Part shown: in pieces, positions 49,901 to 64,000 of the stretch
Position numbering within the stretch: the first letter of the stretch is position 1
How the letters are laid out: each line of letters opens with the position of its first letter
DNA from: Eledone cirrhosa
Taxonomy: Eukaryota
Direction of reading: 5' to 3'
Assembly (NCBI GenBank): GCA_964016885.1
Contig: OZ024745.1
Coordinates: 44,764,001-44,828,000, forward strand
Length of the DNA stretch: 64,000 bases
The notes under the pieces: generated by a model
Database searches by the model: none
Seen by the model: the letters and a program-made list of their open reading frames with translations, nothing else
What the model was told of the DNA's origin: nothing
Program-made: the position numbers and the translations under genes

Positions 49901-52900
49901 ATCTCTATCTGCTCCTTGGGTACCTTTAACACAGTCCACTTGGTTTCACATCTCTATCTGTTCCTTGGGTACCTTTAACACAGTCCACTTGGTTTCACAT
50001 CTCTATCTGCTCCTAGGGTACCTTTAACACAGTCCACTTGGTTTCACATCTCTATCTGCTCCTTGGGTACCTTTAACACAGTCCACTTGGTTTCACATCT
50101 CTATCTGCTCCTTGGGTACCTTTAACACAGTCCACTTGGTTTCACATCTCTATCTGCTCCTTGGGTACCTTTAACACAGTCCACTTGGTTTCACATCTCT
50201 ATCTGTTCCTTGGGTACCTTTAACAAAGTCCACTTGGTTTCACATCTCTATCTGTTCCTTGGGTACCTTTAACACAGTTCACTTGGTTTCACATCTCTAT
50301 CTGTTCCTTGGGTTCCTTTAACACAGTCCACTTGGTTTCACATCTCTATCTGCTCCTTGGGTACCTTTAACACAGTCCACTTGGTTTCACATCTCTATCC
50401 GCTCCTTGGGTACCTTTAACACAGTCCACTTGGTTTCACATCTCTATCTGCTCCTTGGGTACCTTTAACATAGTCCACTTGGTTTCACATCTCTATCTGC
50501 TACTTGGGTACCTTTAACACAGTCCACTTGGTTTCACATCTCTATCTGCTCCTTGGGTACCTTTAACACAGTCCACTTGGTTTCACATCTCTATCTGCTC
50601 CTTGGGTACCTTTAACACAGTCCACTTGGTTTCACATCTCTATCTGTTCCTTGGGTACCTTTAACACAGTCCACTTGGTTTCACATCTCTATCTGCTTCT
50701 TGGGTACCTTTAACACAGTCCACTTGGTTTCACATCTCTATCTGCTCCTTGGGTACCTTTAACACAGTCCACTTGGTCTCACATCTCTATCTGCTCCTTG
50801 GGTACCTTTAACACAGTCCACTTGGTTTCACATCTCTATCTGCTCCTTGGGTACCTTTAACACAGTCCACTTGGTTTCACATCTCTATCTGCTCCTTGGG
50901 TACCTTTAACACAGTCCACTTGGTTTCACATCTCTATCTGTTCCTTGGGTACCTTTAACACAGTCCACTTGGTTTCACATCTCTATCTGCTCCTTGGGTA
51001 CCTTTAACACAGACCACTTGGTTTCACATCTCTATCTGTTCCTTGGGTACCTTTAACACAGTCCACTTGGTTTCACATCTCTATCTGCTCCTTGGGTACC
51101 TTTAACACAGTCCACTTGGTTTCACATCTCTATCTGCTCCTTGGGTACCTTTAACACAGTCCACTTGGTTTCACATCTCTATCTGTTCCTTGGGTACCTT
51201 TAACACAGTCCACTTGGTTTCACATCTCTATCTGCTTCTTGGGTACCTTTAACACAGTCCACTCGGTTTCACATCTCTATCTGCTCCTTGGGTACCTTTA
51301 ACACAGTCCACTTGGTCTCACATCTCTATCTGCTCCTTGGGTACCTTTAACACAGTCCACTTGGTTTCACATCTCTATCTGCTCCTTGGGTACCTTTAAC
51401 ACAGTCCACTTGGTTTCACATCTCTATCTGCTCCTTGGGTACCTTTAACACAGTCCACTTGGTTTCACATCTCTATCTGTTCCTTGGGTACCTTTAACAC
51501 AGTCCACTTGGTTTCACATCTCTATCTGCTCCTTGGGTACCTTTAACACAGTCCACTTGGTTTCACATCTCTATCTGCTCCTTGGGTAACTTTAACACAG
51601 TCCACTTGGTTTCACATCTCTATCTGCTCCTTGGGTACCTTTAACACAGTCCACTTGGTTTCACATCTCTATCTGCTCCTTGGGTACATTTAACACAGTC
51701 CACTTGGTTTCACATCTCTATCTGCTCCTTGGGTACCTTTAACACAGTCCACTTGGTTTCACATCTCTATCTGTTCCTTGGGTACCTTTAACACAGTCCA
51801 CTTGGTTTCACATCTCTATCTGTTCCTTGGGTACCTTTAACACAGTCCACTTGGTTTCACATCTCTATCTGTTCCTTGGGTACCTTTAACACAGTCCACT
51901 TGGTTTCACATCTCTATCTGCTCCTTGGGTACCTTTAACACAGTCCACTTGGTTTCACATCTCTATCTGTTCCTTGGGTACCTTTAACACAGTCCACTTG
52001 GTTTCACATCTCTATCTGCTCCTTGGGTACCTTTAACACAGTCCACTTGGTTTCACATCTCTATCTGTTCCTTGGGTACCTTTAACACAGTCCACTTGGT
52101 CTCACATCTCTATCTGCTCCTTGGGTACCTTTAACACAGTCCACTTGGTTTCACATCTCTATCTGTTCCTTGGGTACCTTTAACACAGTCCACTTGGTTT
52201 AACATCTCTATCTGCTCCTTGGGTACCTTTAACACAGTCCACTTGGTTTCACATCTCTATCTGATCCTTGGGTACCTTTAACACAGTCCACTTGGTTTCA
52301 CATCTCTATCTGTTGCTTGGGTACCTTTAACACAGTCCACTTGGTTTCACATCTCTATCTGTTCCTTGGGTACCTTTAACACAGTCCACTTGGTTTCACA
52401 TCTCTATCTGCTCCTTGGGTCCCTTTAACACAGTCCACTTGGTTTCACATCTCTATCTGTTCCTTGGGTACCTTTAACACAGTCCACTTGGTTTCACATC
52501 TCTATCTGCTCCTTGGGTACCTTTAACACAGTCCACTTGGTTTCACATCTCTATCTGTTCCTTGGGTACCTTTAACACAGTCCACTTGGTTTCACATCTC
52601 TATCTGCTCCTTGGGTACCTTTAACACAGACCACTTGGTTTCACATCTCTATCTGCTCCTTGGGTACCTTTAACACAGACCACTTGGTTTCACATCTCTA
52701 TCTGTTCCTTGGGTACCTTTAACACAGTCCACTTGGTTTCACATCTCTATCTGCTCCTTGGGTACCTTTAACACAGTCCACTTGGTTTCACATCTCTATC
52801 TGCTCCTTGGGTACCTTTAACACAGTCCACTTGGTTTCACATCTCTATCTGTTACTTGGGTACCTTTAACACAGTCCACTTGGTTTCACATCTCTATCTG

Positions 52901-55900
52901 CTTCTTGGGTACCTTTAACACAGTCCACTTGGTTTCACATCTCTATCTGCTCCTTGGGTACCTTTAACACAGTCCACTTGGTCTCACATCTCTATCTGCT
53001 CCTTGGGTACCTTTAACACAGTCCACTTGGTTTCACATCTCTATCTGCTCCTTGGGTACCTTTAACACAGTCCACTTGGTTTCACATCTCTATCTGCTCC
53101 TTGGGTACCTTTAACACAGTCCACTTGGTTTCACATCTCTATCTGTTCCTTGGGTACCTTTAACACAGTCCACTTGGTTTCACATCTCTATCTGCTCCTT
53201 GGGTACCTTTAACACAGTCCACTTGGTTTCACATCTCTATCTGCTCCTTGGGTAACTTTAACACAGTCCACTTGGTTTCACATCTCTATCTGCTCCTTGG
53301 GTACCTTTAACACAGTCCACTTGGTTTCACATCTCTATCTGCTCCTTGGGTACATTTAACACAGTCCACTTGGTTTCACATCTCTATCTGCTCCTTGGGT
53401 ACCTTTAACACAGTCCACTTGGTTTCACATCTCTATCTGTTCCTTGGGTACCTTTAACAAAGTCCACTTGGTTTCACATCTCTATCTGTTCCTTGGGTAC
53501 CTTTAACACAGTCCACTTGGTTTCACATCTCTATCTGCTCCTTGGGTGCCTTTAACACAGTCCACTTGGTTTCACATCTCTATCTGCTCCTTGGGTACCT
53601 TTAACACAGTCCACTTGGTTTCACATCTCTATCTGTTCCTTGGGTACCTTTAACACAGTCCACTTGGTCTCACATCTGTATCTACTCCTTGGGTACCTTT
53701 AACACAGTCCACTTGGTTTCACATCTCTATCTGTTCCTTGGGTACCTTTAACACAGTCCACTTGGTTTCACATCTCTATCTGCTCCTTGGGTACCTTTAA
53801 CACAGTCCACTTGGTTTCACATCTCTATCTGTTCCTTGGGTACCTTTAACACAGTCCACTTGGTTTCACATCTCTATCTGTTCCTTGGGTACCTTTAACA
53901 CAGTCCACTTGGTCTCACATCTCTATCTACTCCTTGGGTACCTTTAACACAGTCCACTTGGTTTCACATCTCTATCTGTTCCTTGGGTACCTTTAACACA
54001 GTCCACTTGGTTTCACATCTCTATCTGCTCCTTGGGCACCTTTAACACAGTCCACTTGGTTTCACATCTCTATCTGTTCCTTGGGTACCTTTAACACAGT
54101 CCACTTGGTCTCACATCTCTATCTGCTCCTTGGGTACCTTTAACACAGTCCACTTGGTTTCACATCTCTATCTGTTCCTTGGGTACCTTTAACACAGTCC
54201 ACTTGGTTTAACATCTCTATCTGCTCCTTGGGTACCTTTAACACAGTCCACTTGGTTTCACATCTCTATCTGATCCTTGGGTACCTTTAACACAGTCCAC
54301 TTGGTTTCACATCTCTATCTGTTCCTTGGGTACCTTTAACACAGTCCACTTGGTTTCACATCTCTATCTGTTCCTTGGGTACCTTTAACACAGTCCACTT
54401 GGTTTCACATCTCTATCTGTTCTTTGGGTACCTTTAACACAGTCCACTTGGTTTCACATCTCTATCTGCTCCTTGGGTACCTTTAACACAGTCCACTTGG
54501 TCTCACATCTCTATCTACTCCTTGGGTACCTTTAACACAGTCCACTTGGTTACACATCTCTATCTGTTCCTTGGGTACCTTTAACACAGTCCACTTGGTT
54601 TCACATCTCTATCTGCTCCTTGGGTACCTTTAACACAGTCCACTTGGTTTCACATCTCTATCTGCTCCTTGGGTACCTTTAACACAGTCCACTTGGTTTC
54701 ACATCTCTATCTGTTCCTTGGGTACCTTTAACACAGTCCACTTGGTCTCACATCTCTATCTGCTCCTTGGGTACCTTTAACACAGTCCACTTGGTTTCAC
54801 ATCTCTATCTGTTCCTTGGGTACCTTTAACACAGTCCACTTGGTTTCACATCTCTATCTGCTCCTTGGGTCCCTTTAACACAGTCCACTTGGTTTCACAT
54901 CTCTATCTGTTCCTTGGGTACCTTTAACACAGTCCACTTGGTTTCACATCTCTATCTGCTCCTTGGGTACCTTTAACACAGTCCACTTGGTTTCACATCT
55001 CTATCTGTTCCTTGGGTACCTTTAACACAGTCCACTTGGTTTCACATCTCTATCTGCTCCTTGGGTACCTTTAACACAGACCACTTGGTTTCACATCTCT
55101 ATCTGTTCCTTGGGTACCTTTAACACAGTCCACTTGGTTTCACATCTCTATCTGCTCCTTGGGTACCTTTAACACAGTCCACTTGGTTTCACATCTCTAT
55201 CTGCTCCTTGGGTACCTTTAACACAGTCCACTTGGTTTCACATCTCTATCTGTTCCTTGGGTACCTTTAACACAGTCCACTTGGTTTCACATCTCTATCT
55301 GCTTCTTGGGTACCTTTAACACAGTCCACTTGGTTTCACATCTCTATCTGCTCCTTGGGTACCTTTAACACAGTCCACTTGGTCTCACATCTCTATCTGC
55401 TCCTTGGGTACCTTTAACACAGTCCACTTGGTTTCACATCTCTATCTGCTCCTTGGGTACCTTTAACACAGTCCACTTGGTTTCACATCTCTATCTGCTC
55501 CTTGGGTACCTTTAACACAGTCCACTTGGTTTCACATCTCTATCTGTTCCTTGGGTACCTTTAACACAGTCCACTTGGTTTCACATCTCTATCTGCTCCT
55601 TGGGTACCTTTAACACAGTCCACTTGGTTTCACATCTCTATCTGCTCCTTGGGTAACTTTAACACAGTCCACTTGGTTTCACATCTCTATCTGCTCTTTG
55701 GGTACCTTTAACACAGTCCACTTGGTTTCAGATCTCTATCTGCTCCTTGGGTACATTTAACACAGTCCACTTGGTTTCACATCTCTATCTGCTCCTTGGG
55801 TACCTTTAACACAGTCCACTTGGTTTCACATCTCTATCTGTTCCTTGGGTACCTTTAACAAAGTCCACTTGGTTTCACATCTCTATCTGTTCCTTGGGTA

Positions 55901-58900
55901 CCTTTAACACAGTCCACTTGGTTTCACATCTCTATCTGCTCCTTGGGTACCTTTAACACAGTCCACTTGGTTTCACATCTCTATCTGCTCCTTGGGTACC
56001 TTTAACACAGTCCACTTGGTTTCACATCTCTATCTGTTCCTTGGGTACCTTTAACACAGTCCACTTGGTTTCACATCTCTATCTGCTCCTTGGGTACCTT
56101 TAACACAGTCCACTTGGTTTCACATCTCTATCTGTTCCTTGGGTACCTTTAACACAGTCCACTTGGTTTCACATCTCTATCTGCTCCTAGGGTACCTTTA
56201 ACACAGTCCACTTGGTTTCACATCTCTATCTGCTCCTTGGGTACCTTTAACACAGTCCACTTGGTTTCACATCTCTATCTGCTCCTTGGGTACCTTTAAC
56301 ACAGTCCACTTGGTTTCACATCTCTATCTGCTCCTTGGGTACCTTTAACACAGTCCACTTGGTTTCACATCTCTATCTGTTCCTTGGGTACCTTTAACAA
56401 AGTCCACTTGGTTTCACATCTCTATCTGTTCCTTGGGTACCTTTAACACAGTTCACTTGGTTTCACATCTCTATCTGTTCCTTGGGTTCCTTTAACACAG
56501 TCCACTTGGTTTCACATCTCTATCTGCTCCTTGGGTACCTTTAACACAGTCCACTTGGTTTCACATCTCTATCCGCTCCTTGGGTACCTTTAACACAGTC
56601 CACTTGGTTTCACATCTCTATCTGCTCCTTGGGTACCTTTAACACAGTCCACTTGGTTTCACATCTCTATCTGCTACTTGGGTACCTTTAACACAGTCCA
56701 CTTGGTTTCACATCTCTATCTGCTCCTTGGGTACCTTTAACACAGTCCACTTGGTTTCACATCTCTATCTGCTCCTTGGGTACCTTTAACACAGTCCACT
56801 TGGTTTCACATCTCTATCTGTTCCTTGGGTACCTTTAACACAGTCCACTTGGTTTCACATCTCTATCTGCTTCTTGGGTACCTTTAACACAGTCCACTTG
56901 GTTTCACATCTCTATCTGCTCCTTGGGTACCTTTAACACAGTCCACTTGGTCTCACAGCTCTATCTGCTCCTTGGGTACCTTTAACACAGTCCACTTGGT
57001 TTCACATCTCTATCTGCTCCTTGGGTACCTTTAACACAGTCCACTTGGTTTCACATCTCTATCTGCTCCTTGGGTACCTTTAACACAGTCCACTTGGTTT
57101 CACATCTCTATCTGTTCCTTGGGTACCTTTAACACAGTCCACTTGGTTTCACATCTCTATCTGCTCCTTGGGTACCTTTAACACAGACCACTTGGTTTCA
57201 CATCTCTATCTGTTCCTTGGGTACCTTTAACACAGTCCACTTGGTTTCACATCTCTATCTGCTCCTTGGGTACCTTTAACACAGTCCACTTGGTTTCACA
57301 TCTCTATCTGCTCCTTGGGTACCTTTAACACAGTCCACTTGGTTTCACATCTCTATCTGTTCCTTGGGTACCTTTAACACAGTCCACTTGGTTTCACATC
57401 TCTATCTGCTTCTTGGGTACCTTTAACACAGTCCACTTGGTTTCACATCTCTATCTGCTCCTTGGGTACCTTTAACACAGTCCACTTGGTCTCACATCTC
57501 TATCTGCTCCTTGGGTACCTTTAACACAGTCCACTTGGTTTCACATCTCTATCTGCTCCTTGGGTACCTTTAACACAGTCCACTTGGTTTCACATCTCTA
57601 TCTGCTCCTTGGGTACCTTTAACACAGTCCACTTGGTTTCACATCTCTATCTGTTCCTTGGGTACCTTTAACACAGTCCACTTGGTTTCACATCTCTATC
57701 TGCTCCTTGGGTACCTTTAACACAGTCCACTTGGTTTCACATCTCTATCTGCTCCTTGGGTAACTTTAACACAGTCCACTTGGTTTCACATCTCTATCTG
57801 CTCCTTGGGTACCTTTAACACAGTCCACTTGGTTTCACATCTCTATCTGCTCCTTGGGTACATTTAACACAGTCCACTTGGTTTCACATCTCTATCTGCT
57901 CCTTGGGTACCTTTAACACAGTCCACTTGGTTTCACATCTCTATCTGTTCCTTGGGTACCTTTAACACAGTCCACTTGGTTTCACATCTCTATCTGTTCC
58001 TTGGGTACCTTTAACACAGTCCACTTGGTTTCACATCTCTATCTGTTCCTTGGGTACCTTTAACACAGTCCACTTGGTTTCACATCTCTATCTGCTCCTT
58101 GGGTACCTTTAACACAGTCCACTTGGTTTCACATCTCTATCTGTTCCTTGGGTACCTTTAACACAGTCCACTTGGTCTCACATCTCTATCTGCTCCTTGG
58201 GTACCTTTAACACAGTCCACTTGGTTTCACATCTCTATCTGTTCCTTGGGTACCTTTAACACAGTCCACTTGGTTTAACATCTCTATCTGCTCCTTGGGT
58301 ACCTTTAACACAGTCCACTTGGTTTCACATCTCTATCTGATCCTTGGGTACCTTTAACACAGTCCACTTGGTTTCACATCTCTATCTGTTGCTTGGGTAC
58401 CTTTAACACAGTCCACTTGGTTTCACATCTCTATCTGTTCCTTGGGTACCTTTAACACAGTCCACTTGGTTTCACATCTCTATCTGTTCTTTGGGTACCT
58501 TTAACACAGTCCACTTGGTTTCACATCTCTATCTGCTCCTTGGGTACCTTTAACACAGTCCACTTGGTCTCACATCTCTATCTACTCCTTGGGTACCTTT
58601 AACACAGTCCACTTGGTTACACATCTCTATCTGTTCCTTGGGTACCTTTAACACAGTCCACTTGGTTTCACATCTCTATCTGCTCCTTGGGTACCTTTAA
58701 CACAGTCCACTTGGTTTCACATCTCTATCTGCTCCTTGGGTACCTTTAACACAGTCCACTTGGTTTCACATCTCTATCTGTTCATTGGGTACCTTTAACA
58801 CAGTCCACTTGGTCTCACATCTCTATCTGCTCCTTGGGTACCTTTAACACAGTCCACTTGGTTTCACATCTCTATCTGTTCCTTGGGTACCTTTAACACA

Positions 58901-61900
58901 GTCCACTTGGTTTCACATCTCTATCTGCTCCTTGGGTCCCTTTAACACAGTCCACTTGGTTTCACATCTCTATCTGTTCCTTGGGTACCTTTAACACAAT
59001 CCACTTGGTTTCACATCTCTATCTGCTCCTTGGGTACCTTTAACACAGTCCACTTGGTTTCACATCTCTATCTGTTCCTTGGGTACCTTTAACACAGTCC
59101 ACTTGGTTTCACATCTCTATCTGCTCCTTGGGTACCTTTAACACAGACCACTTGGTTTCACATCTCTATCTGTTCCTTGGGTACCTTTAACACAGTCCAC
59201 TTGGTTTCACATCTCTATCTGCTCCTTGGGTACCTTTAACACAGTCCACTTGGTTTCACATCTCTATCTGCTCCTTGGGTACCTTTAACACAGTCCACTT
59301 GGTTTCACATCTCTATCTGTTTCTTGGGTACCTTTAACACAGTCCACTTGGTTTCACATCTCTATCTGCTTCTTGGGTACCTTTAACACAGTCCACTTGG
59401 TTTCACATCTCTATCTGCTCCTTGGGTACCTTTAACACAGTCCACTTGGTCTCACATCTCTATCTGCTCCTTGGGTACCTTTAACACAGTCCACTTGGTT
59501 TCACATCTCTATCTGCTCCTTGGGTACCTTTAACACAGTCCACTTGGTTTCACATCTCTATCTGCTCCTTGGGTACCTTTAACACAGTCCACTTGGTTTC
59601 ACATCACTATCTGTTCCTTGGGTACCTTTAACACAGTCCACTTGGTTTCACATCTCTATCTGCTCCTTGGGTACCTTTAACACAGTCCACTTGGTTTCAC
59701 ATCTCTATCTGCTCCTTGGGTAACTTTAACACAGTCCACTTGGTTTCACATCTCTATCTGCTCTTTGGGTACCTTTAACACAGTCCACTTGGTTTCAGAT
59801 CTCTATCTGCTCCTTGGGTACATTTAACACAGTCCACTTGGTTTCACATCTCTATCTGCTCCTTGGGTACCTTTAACACAGTCCACTTGGTTTCACATCT
59901 CTATCTGTTCCTTGGGTACCTTTAACAAAGTCCACTTGGTTTCACATCTCTATCTGTTCCTTGGGTACCTTTAACACAGTCCACTTGGTTTCACATCTCT
60001 ATCTGCTCCTTGGGTACCTTTAACACAGTCCACTTGGTTTCACATCTCTATCTGCTCCTTGGGTACCTTTAACACAGTCCACTTGGTTTCACATCTCTAT
60101 CTGTTCCTTGGGTACCTTTAACACAGTCCACTTGGTTTCACATCTCTATCTGCTCCTTGGGTACCTTTAACACAGTCCACTTGGTTTCACATCTCTATCT
60201 GTTCCTTGGGTACCTTTAACACAGTCCACTTGGTTTCACATCTCTATCTGCTCCTAGGGTACCTTTAACACAGTCCACTTGGTTTCACATCTCTATCTGC
60301 TCCTTGGGTACCTTTAACACAGTCCACTTGGTTTCACATCTCTATCTGCTCCTTGGGTACCTTTAACACAGTCCACTTGGTTTCACATCTCTATCTGCTC
60401 CTTGGGTACCTTTAACACAGTCCACTTGGTTTCACATCTCTATCTGTTCCTTGGGTACCTTTAACAAAGTCCACTTGGTTTCACATCTCTATCTGTTCCT
60501 TGGGTACCTTTAACACAGTTCACTTGGTTTCACATCTCTATCTGTTCCTTGGGTTCCTTTAACACAGTCCACTTGGTTTCACATCTCTATCTGCTCCTTG
60601 GGTACCTTTAACACAGTCCACTTGGTTTCACATCTCTATCCGCTCCTTGGGTACCTTTAACACAGTCCACTTGGTTTCACATCTCTATCTGCTCCTTGGG
60701 TACCTTTAACACAGTCCACTTGGTTTCACATCTCTATCTGCTCCTTGGGTACCTTTAACACAGTCCACTTGGTTTCACATCTCTATCTGCTCCTTGGGTA
60801 CCTTTAACACAGTCCACTTGGTTTCACATCTCTATCTGCTCCTTGGGTACCTTTAACACAGTCCACTTGGTTTCACATCTCTATCTGTTCCTTGGGTACC
60901 TTTAACACAGTCCACTTGGTTTCACATCTCTATCTGCTTCTTGGGTACCTTTAACACAGTCCACTTGGTTTCACATCTCTATCTGCTCCTTGGGTACCTT
61001 TAACACAGTCCACTTGGTCTCACATCTCTATCTGCTCCTTGGGTACCTTTAACACAGTCCACTTGGTTTCACATCTCTATCTGCTCCTTGGGTACCTTTA
61101 ACACAGTCCACTTGGTTTCACATCTCTATCTGCTCCTTGGGTACCTTTAACACAGTCCACTTGGTTTCACATCTCTATCTGTTCCTTGGGTACCTTTAAC
61201 ACAGTCCACTTGGTTTCACATCTCTATCTGCTCCTTGGGTACCTTTAACACAGTCCACTTGGTTTCACATCTCTATCTGCTCCTTGGGTAACTTTAACAC
61301 AGTCCACTTGGTTTCACATCTCTATCTGCTCTTTGGGTACCTTTAACACAGTCCACTTGGTTTCAGATCTCTATCTGCTCCTTGGGTACATTTAACACAG
61401 TCCACTTGGTTTCACATCTCTATCTGCTCCTTGGGTACCTTTAACACAGTCCACTTGGTTTCACATCTCTATCTGTTCCTTGGGTACCTTTAACAAAGTC
61501 CACTTGGTTTCACATCTCTATCTGTTCCTTGGGTACCTTTAACACAGTCCACTTGGTTTCACATCTCTATCTGCTCCTTGGGTACCTTTAACACAGTCCA
61601 CTTGGTTTCACATCTCTATCTGCTCCTTGGGTACCTTTAACACAGTCCACTTGGTTTCACATCTCTATCTGTTCCTTGGGTACCTTTAACACAGTCCACT
61701 TGGTTTCACATCTCTATCTGCTCCTTGGGTACCTTTAACACAGTCCACTTGGTCTCACATCTCTATCTGCTCCTTGGGTACCTTTAACACAGTCCACTTG
61801 GTTTCACATCTCTATCTGTTCCTTGGGTACCTTTAACACAGTCCACTTGGTTTAACATCTCTATCTGCTCCTTGGGTACCTTTAACACAGTCCACTTGGT

Positions 61901-64000
61901 TTCACATCTCTATCTGATCCTTGGGTACCTTTAACACAGTCCACTTGGTTTCACATCTCTATCTGTTGCTTGGGTACCTTTAACACAGTCCACTTGGTTT
62001 CACATCTCTATCTGTTCCTTGGGTACCTTTAACACAGTCCACTTGGTTTCACATCTCTATCTGTTCTTTGGGTACCTTTAACACAGTCCACTTGGTTTCA
62101 CATCTCTATCTGCTCCTTGGGTACCTTTAACACAGTCCACTTGGTCTCACATCTCTATCTACTCCTTGGGTACCTTTAACACAGTCCACTTGGTTACACA
62201 TCTCTATCTGTTCCTTGGGTACCTTTAACACAGTCCACTTGGTTTCACATCTCTATCTGCTCCTTGGGTACCTTTAACACAGTCCACTTGGTTTCACATC
62301 TCTATCTGCTCCTTGGGTACCTTTAACACAGTCCACTTGGTTTCACATCTCTATCTGTTCATTGGGTACCTTTAACACAGTCCACTTGGTCTCACATCTC
62401 TATCTGCTCCTTGGGTACCTTTAACACAGTCCACTTGGTTTCACATCTCTATCTGTTCCTTGGGTACCTTTAACACAGTCCACTTGGTTTCACATCTCTA
62501 TCTGCTCCTTGGGTCCCTTTAACACAGTCCACTTGGTTTCACATCTCTATCTGTTCCTTGGGTACCTTTAACACAGTCCACTTGGTTTCACATCTCTATC
62601 TGCTCCTTGGGTACCTTTAACACAGTCCACTTGGTTTCACATCTCTATCTGTTCCTTGGGTACCTTTAACACAGACCACTTGGTTTCACATCTCTATCTG
62701 TTCCTTGGGTACCTTTAACACAGTCCACTTGGTTTCACATCTCTATCTGCTCCTTGGGTACCTTTAACACAGTCCACTTGGTTTCACATCTCTATCTGCT
62801 CCTTGGGTACCTTTAACACAGTCCACTTGGTTTCACATCTCTATCTGTTCCTTGGGTACCTTTAACACAGTCCACTTGGTTTCACATCTCTATCTGCTTC
62901 TTGGGTACCTTTAACACAGTCCACTTGGTTTCACATCTCTATCTGCTCCTTGGGTACCTTTAACACAGTCCACTTGGTCTCACATCTCTATCTGCTCCTT
63001 GGGTACCTTTAACACAGTCCACTTGGTTTCACATCTCTATCTGCTCCTTGGGTACCTTTAACACAGTCCACTTGGTTTCACATCTCTATCTGCTCCTTGG
63101 GTACCTTTAACACAGTCCACTTGGTTTCACATCACTATCTGTTCCTTGGGTACCTTTAACACAGTCCACTTGGTTTCACATCTCTATCTGCTCCTTGGGT
63201 ACCTTTAACACAGTCCACTTGGTTTCACATCTCTATCTGCTCCTTGGGTAACTTTAACACAGTCCACTTGGTTTCACATCTCTATCTGCTCTTTGGGTAC
63301 CTTTAACACAGTCCACTTGGTTTCAGATCTCTATCTGCTCCTTGGGTACATTTAACACAGTCCACTTGGTTTCACATCTCTATCTGCTCCTTGGGTACCT
63401 TTAACACAGTCCACTTGGTTTCACATCTCTATCTGTTCCTTGGGTACCTTTAACAAAGTCCACTTGGTTTCACATCTCTATCTGTTCCTTGGGTACCTTT
63501 AACACAGTCCACTTGGTTTCACATCTCTATCTGCTCCTTGGGTACCTTTAACACAGTCCACTTGGTTTCACATCTCTATCTGCTCCTTGGGTACCTTTAA
63601 CACAGTCCACTTGGTTTCACATCTCTATCTGTTCCTTGGGTACCTTTAACACAGTCCACTTGGTTTCACATCTCTATCTGCTCCTTGGGTACCTTTAACA
63701 CAGTCCACTTGGTTTCACATCTCTATCTGTTCCTTGGGTACCTTTAACACAGTCCACTTGGTTTCACATCTCTATCTGCTCCTAGGGTACCTTTAACACA
63801 GTCCACTTGGTTTCACATCTCTATCTGCTCCTTGGGTACCTTTAACACAGTCCACTTGGTTTCACATCTCTATCTGCTCCTTGGGTACCTTTAACACAGT
63901 CCACTTGGTTTCACATCTCTATCTGCTCCTTGGGTACCTTTAACACAGTCCACTTGGTTTCACATCTCTATCTGTTCCTTGGGTACCTTTAACAAAGTCC
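43993..64000. repeat. 49-bp tandem satellite, consensus CCTTGGGTACCTTTAACACAGTCCACTTGGTTTCACATCTCTATCTG(C/T)T, ~408 copies, runs off the right edge
   Basis: 49-bp periodicity is directly visible and very homogeneous; the first two monomers are diverged. Confidence 0.99.

Noticed and set aside
43993-64000. CRISPR-like regular array (also considered for 1-6860)
   Set aside because: Monomers are directly adjacent with no unique spacers, there are no cas genes, and the context is eukaryotic.

Overview
Repeat-only, AT-rich animal DNA with no recognisable host gene. The SINE, RTE and microsatellite repertoire suggests an octopod cephalopod; this is my recognition, not a database result. Two satellites bracket the window: a 32-bp array (1-6860, with an exact 2781-bp higher-order duplication) and a 49-bp array (about 43990 to the window end, with nested higher-order repeats). 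The ~37 kb between them is a nest of non-LTR retroelements (Ingi/Vingi-like, two long RTE copies with a PHD-type finger inside the RT, Rex3/Expander-like RTE, R4/Dong-like, Tx1/L1-like), tRNA-derived SINEs with readable TSDs, MITEs and microsatellites. Almost all ORF-track entries are repeat artefacts. The most interesting signal is catalytic RNA: (i) two diverged, homologous type I hammerhead-like motifs that both carry a non-canonical CCGACGA core and a ~60-nt conserved stem II insertion, (ii) a canonical minimal hammerhead back-to-back with a degenerate one, and (iii) an HDV-like ribozyme fold at the 5' end of the Ingi/Vingi-like LINE. All folds were paired by eye and none is experimentally tested.
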